Source: an uncultured delta proteobacterium (lineage in GTDB: Bacteria; Desulfobacterota; Desulfuromonadia; Geobacterales; Pseudopelobacteraceae). From it: DNA of 64,000 nt. Below, piece by piece: positions 61,664 through 64,000 of the stretch. Positions within the stretch are counted from its first letter, which is position 1, and the number at the start of each line of letters is the position of its first letter. The notes below the pieces were generated by a model. That model saw only the letters and a list, made by a program, of their open reading frames with translations, did not search any database and had not been told where the DNA came from. Both the position numbers and the translations under genes were made by a program. The DNA lies in NCBI GenBank assembly GCA_963772835.1, contig CAVYYZ010000001.1, positions 160,001 to 224,000 on the forward strand, read 5' to 3'.

Positions 61664-62719
61664 ATGTTTCTTTTCAAAAAGAAAAAAGAGGTCATCGGGA
61701 TAGACATCGGGTCAAGTTCCGTCAAGGTGGTTCAGCTGAAGGACAATAAAGGGTCCTTTCAGTTGCTGAATGTCGGCATTTTTCCCCTACCGCCCGAGGC
61801 GATTGTTGATAACACCCTGATGGACAGTGCTGCAATTGCCACTGCCATAAAAAAACTGGTCGGAAGCCTTGGTATAAAGATTAAGGATGTGGTCTGCTCC
61901 ATCTCGGGGAACTCGGTCATTATCCGGAAAATAGTGCTTCCTGCAATGCCTCAGGAAGAGCTGGAAGACCAGATCTCATGGGAAGCCGAACAGTACATCC
62001 CCTTTGATATTAATGATGTAAATATGGATTTTCAGATATTGTCCCCCGATTCTCATGACCCCTCAAAGATGAATGTCCTGCTGGTTGCCAGCAAAAAAGA
62101 TATTATTAACGATTATGTATCGGTCTTCAGTGAAGCAGGGATGCAGCTTGCGGTTGTCGATGTCGATTCCTTTGCCGTTCAGAACGCTTTTGAAACTAAT
62201 CACGACTACAGCTCCGAAGATATTCTCGCCCTGGTAAATATCGGCGCCAGTGTCATGAATATCAACGTCATTAAGGACGGCATAACGCTGTTCACCAGAG
62301 ATGTTCAGATGGGCGGAAATCTTTACACCGAAGAAATTCAGAAGCAGCTCGGGTTGAGCAGTACAGAAGCGGAAACCGGTAAGCTGCTTGCGTATGAGTC
62401 GGGAAATGAACCGTTGCGAAAGGTCATCGTAAAGGTTAACGAAACCATCACAAACGAAATCAGACGATCACTTGACTTTTATAATTCAACGGCAAGCGAA
62501 GAGCGCATTTCTGCCGTGTATATCAGCGGCGGATGTGCAAAGGTCTACAAACTTGACGACACCATTGCTGAAAAGATCGGTCTTCAGGTTGAAAAAATCA
62601 ATCCGTTTGCAAAGCTGAAATATGCCGAAAAGGATTTTGACCCTGCATACCTTGAGGAGATCGGACCATTCATGGCGGTACCGGTCGGGCTTGCTGTCAG
62701 GAGGGTAGGGGACAAATGA
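61664..62719 (+). CDS. pilM: Type IV pilus assembly protein PilM
   Basis: IGIDIGSSSVK, EAEQYIPF, VNIGA, GG, EIRRSLDFY and SGG. Confidence 0.96.
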   Translation: MFLFKKKKEVIGIDIGSSSVKVVQLKDNKGSFQLLNVGIFPLPPEAIVDNTLMDSAAIATAIKKLVGSLGIKIKDVVCSISGNSVIIRKIVLPAMPQEELEDQISWEAEQYIPFDINDVNMDFQILSPDSHDPSKMNVLLVASKKDIINDYVSVFSEAGMQLAVVDVDSFAVQNAFETNHDYSSEDILALVNIGASVMNINVIKDGITLFTRDVQMGGNLYTEEIQKQLGLSSTEAETGKLLAYESGNEPLRKVIVKVNETITNEIRRSLDFYNSTASEERISAVYISGGCAKVYKLDDTIAEKIGLQVEKINPFAKLKYAEKDFDPAYLEEIGPFMAVPVGLAVRRVGDK

Positions 62720-63252
62720 TTAAAATCAATCTTTTACCCGTCAGGGCTGCCAAGAAGAAGGAAACCGCAATTCAGCAGGTGGTCATTGCAGTCGTTGCTG
62801 TCATTCTGATCGCCCTGGTTGTGGCATCGCTGTATACCGTCAAACGTGTCCAGATTGCCGCAACCAGAGATGATATCGCGACGGCCAATAAAAAAATTGC
62901 GGAACTTAAAACGAAAATCGGGAAACTTGAAGAGCTGAAGACCCTGAAAGAGCAGGTTAAGAAAAAACTCGATGTGCTCGCACAGCTCCGGAAAAATAAA
63001 ATCGGGCCGGCGCAGAGATTGGCGAGCCTGAGTGACCTGACTCCCGATCAGCTGTGGCTCACAAGTTATAATGAAGCGGGTCCGATTGTGAAAATATCGG
63101 GTATCGCATTTACGGAAGATCTGATCGCACAGTTTATGAAGTCTCTTGAAGCGTCAAACGATTTTGCAGCGGTAGAGCTGGTGGTATCCGAGCAGACAGA
63201 AATCGGCGGAACAAAACTCAAGAAATTCGATATATCGATGAAGCTGGAGTAA
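62716..63252 (+). CDS. pilN: Type IV pilus assembly protein PilN
   Basis: MIKINLLP, a TM helix, a coiled coil and PDQLWLT. Confidence 0.94.
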   Translation: MIKINLLPVRAAKKKETAIQQVVIAVVAVILIALVVASLYTVKRVQIAATRDDIATANKKIAELKTKIGKLEELKTLKEQVKKKLDVLAQLRKNKIGPAQRLASLSDLTPDQLWLTSYNEAGPIVKISGIAFTEDLIAQFMKSLEASNDFAAVELVVSEQTEIGGTKLKKFDISMKLE

Positions 63253-63320
63253 GCGGCACTGTTCTCTCCGTCTGGCGCAGCAGGTAAAAAAATAACGCAC
63301 ATCATGCAGGTGGTCTGAAT

Positions 63321-63929
63321 ATGGATCCTAATGTAGAGAAAATACTCAAGCTCCCGGCAAAACAGAAGATTCTGATTCTTGTTCTGATTTCCGTTATCGA
63401 GGCTGCAGCATTGGTATGGTTTCTGTATCTTCCTAAGCACCAGGAACTGACGGGAGTCAAGGCGGAGCTCGCCAAACTTGAGACTGAAATTACCGATAAA
63501 ACCAGGATCGTAAATAATCTTCCAAAACTGCAGATAGAATATGATCAGCTGAATCAGGAGCTGGCGCTGGCCTTGACGGAACTTCCCAACTCAAAAGAGA
63601 TCCCGTCGCTGCTGACCAGCATAACCTCTCTGGGTAAAAACGCCGGCCTCGATTTTTTGACGTTCCGTCCCAAAGGAGAGGTCACCAAAGACTTTTATGC
63701 CGATGTTCCGGTTGATATTGTTATTTCAGGTTCATATTACAGTGTGGCCAATTTCTTTGCCGCCGTTGCAAACCTGCCGCGGATTGTTAACATCACCAAC
63801 GTTGCGTTTTCCGATATCAGGAGTGTCAATAATCGTATGATGACCAAGGTTTCATGTCTTGCCACGACATTCCGCTTCCTTGATAGAAAAGAGATTAAGG
63901 ATGATAAAAATGCTGCTCCCAAAAAATAG
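63321..63929 (+). CDS. pilO: Type IV pilus assembly protein PilO
   Basis: TM helix, coiled coil, LPNSKEIPSLL, FY..VP and LPRIV. Confidence 0.94.
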   Translation: MDPNVEKILKLPAKQKILILVLISVIEAAALVWFLYLPKHQELTGVKAELAKLETEITDKTRIVNNLPKLQIEYDQLNQELALALTELPNSKEIPSLLTSITSLGKNAGLDFLTFRPKGEVTKDFYADVPVDIVISGSYYSVANFFAAVANLPRIVNITNVAFSDIRSVNNRMMTKVSCLATTFRFLDRKEIKDDKNAAPKK

Positions 63930-64000
63930 GCTGTTACTGCTTCCTGCCGTTGTTTTTGCCACTGTGCTGGTGTGTGCCGCGTGCGACAAAAAACAACCGC
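63901..64000 (+). CDS. pilP: PilP lipoprotein, 5' end only
   Basis: Reads MIKMLLPKNRLLLLPAVVFATVLVCAACDKKQP, a lipoprotein-type signal, overlapping the end of pilO. Confidence 0.65.
   Translation, partial: MIKMLLPKNRLLLLPAVVFATVLVCAACDKKQP

Overview
This is a bacterial chromosome segment whose gene content and order point to Geobacteraceae/Desulfuromonadales. The evidence is a PpcA-type triheme cytochrome, the rpoN-hpf-hprK-rapZ-EIIA-HPr-EI cluster and the pilD-TCS-pilY1-fimU-pilVWX-HTH-pilMNOP cluster. Most of the window is housekeeping: alr, purHDE, serA, lgt, truD, ackA, riboflavin genes, kdsB-pyrG-kdsADC-lptCAB, and the PTS and type IV pilus genes. An accessory stretch runs from about 6.9 to 20.3 kb. 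Its most notable part is a five-gene cassette between tRNA-Asn and tRNA-Gly. It encodes a soluble non-RD Hanks-type Ser/Thr kinase, a PP2C phosphatase, an FHA-EAL phosphodiesterase, a second FHA protein, and a 722-aa protein ending in a degenerate GGDEF domain that keeps the RxxD site. I infer it is a phosphothreonine-switched c-di-GMP module. Other points of interest are a deleted and frameshifted ppc remnant, a 3 x 56-bp hairpin tandem repeat upstream of ptsH, a roughly 2000-aa PilY1 broken by a single extra base, a DsbC with a CxxCH motif, and a 55-aa ferredoxin absent from the ORF track. All calls come from reading motifs by eye; no searches were run.
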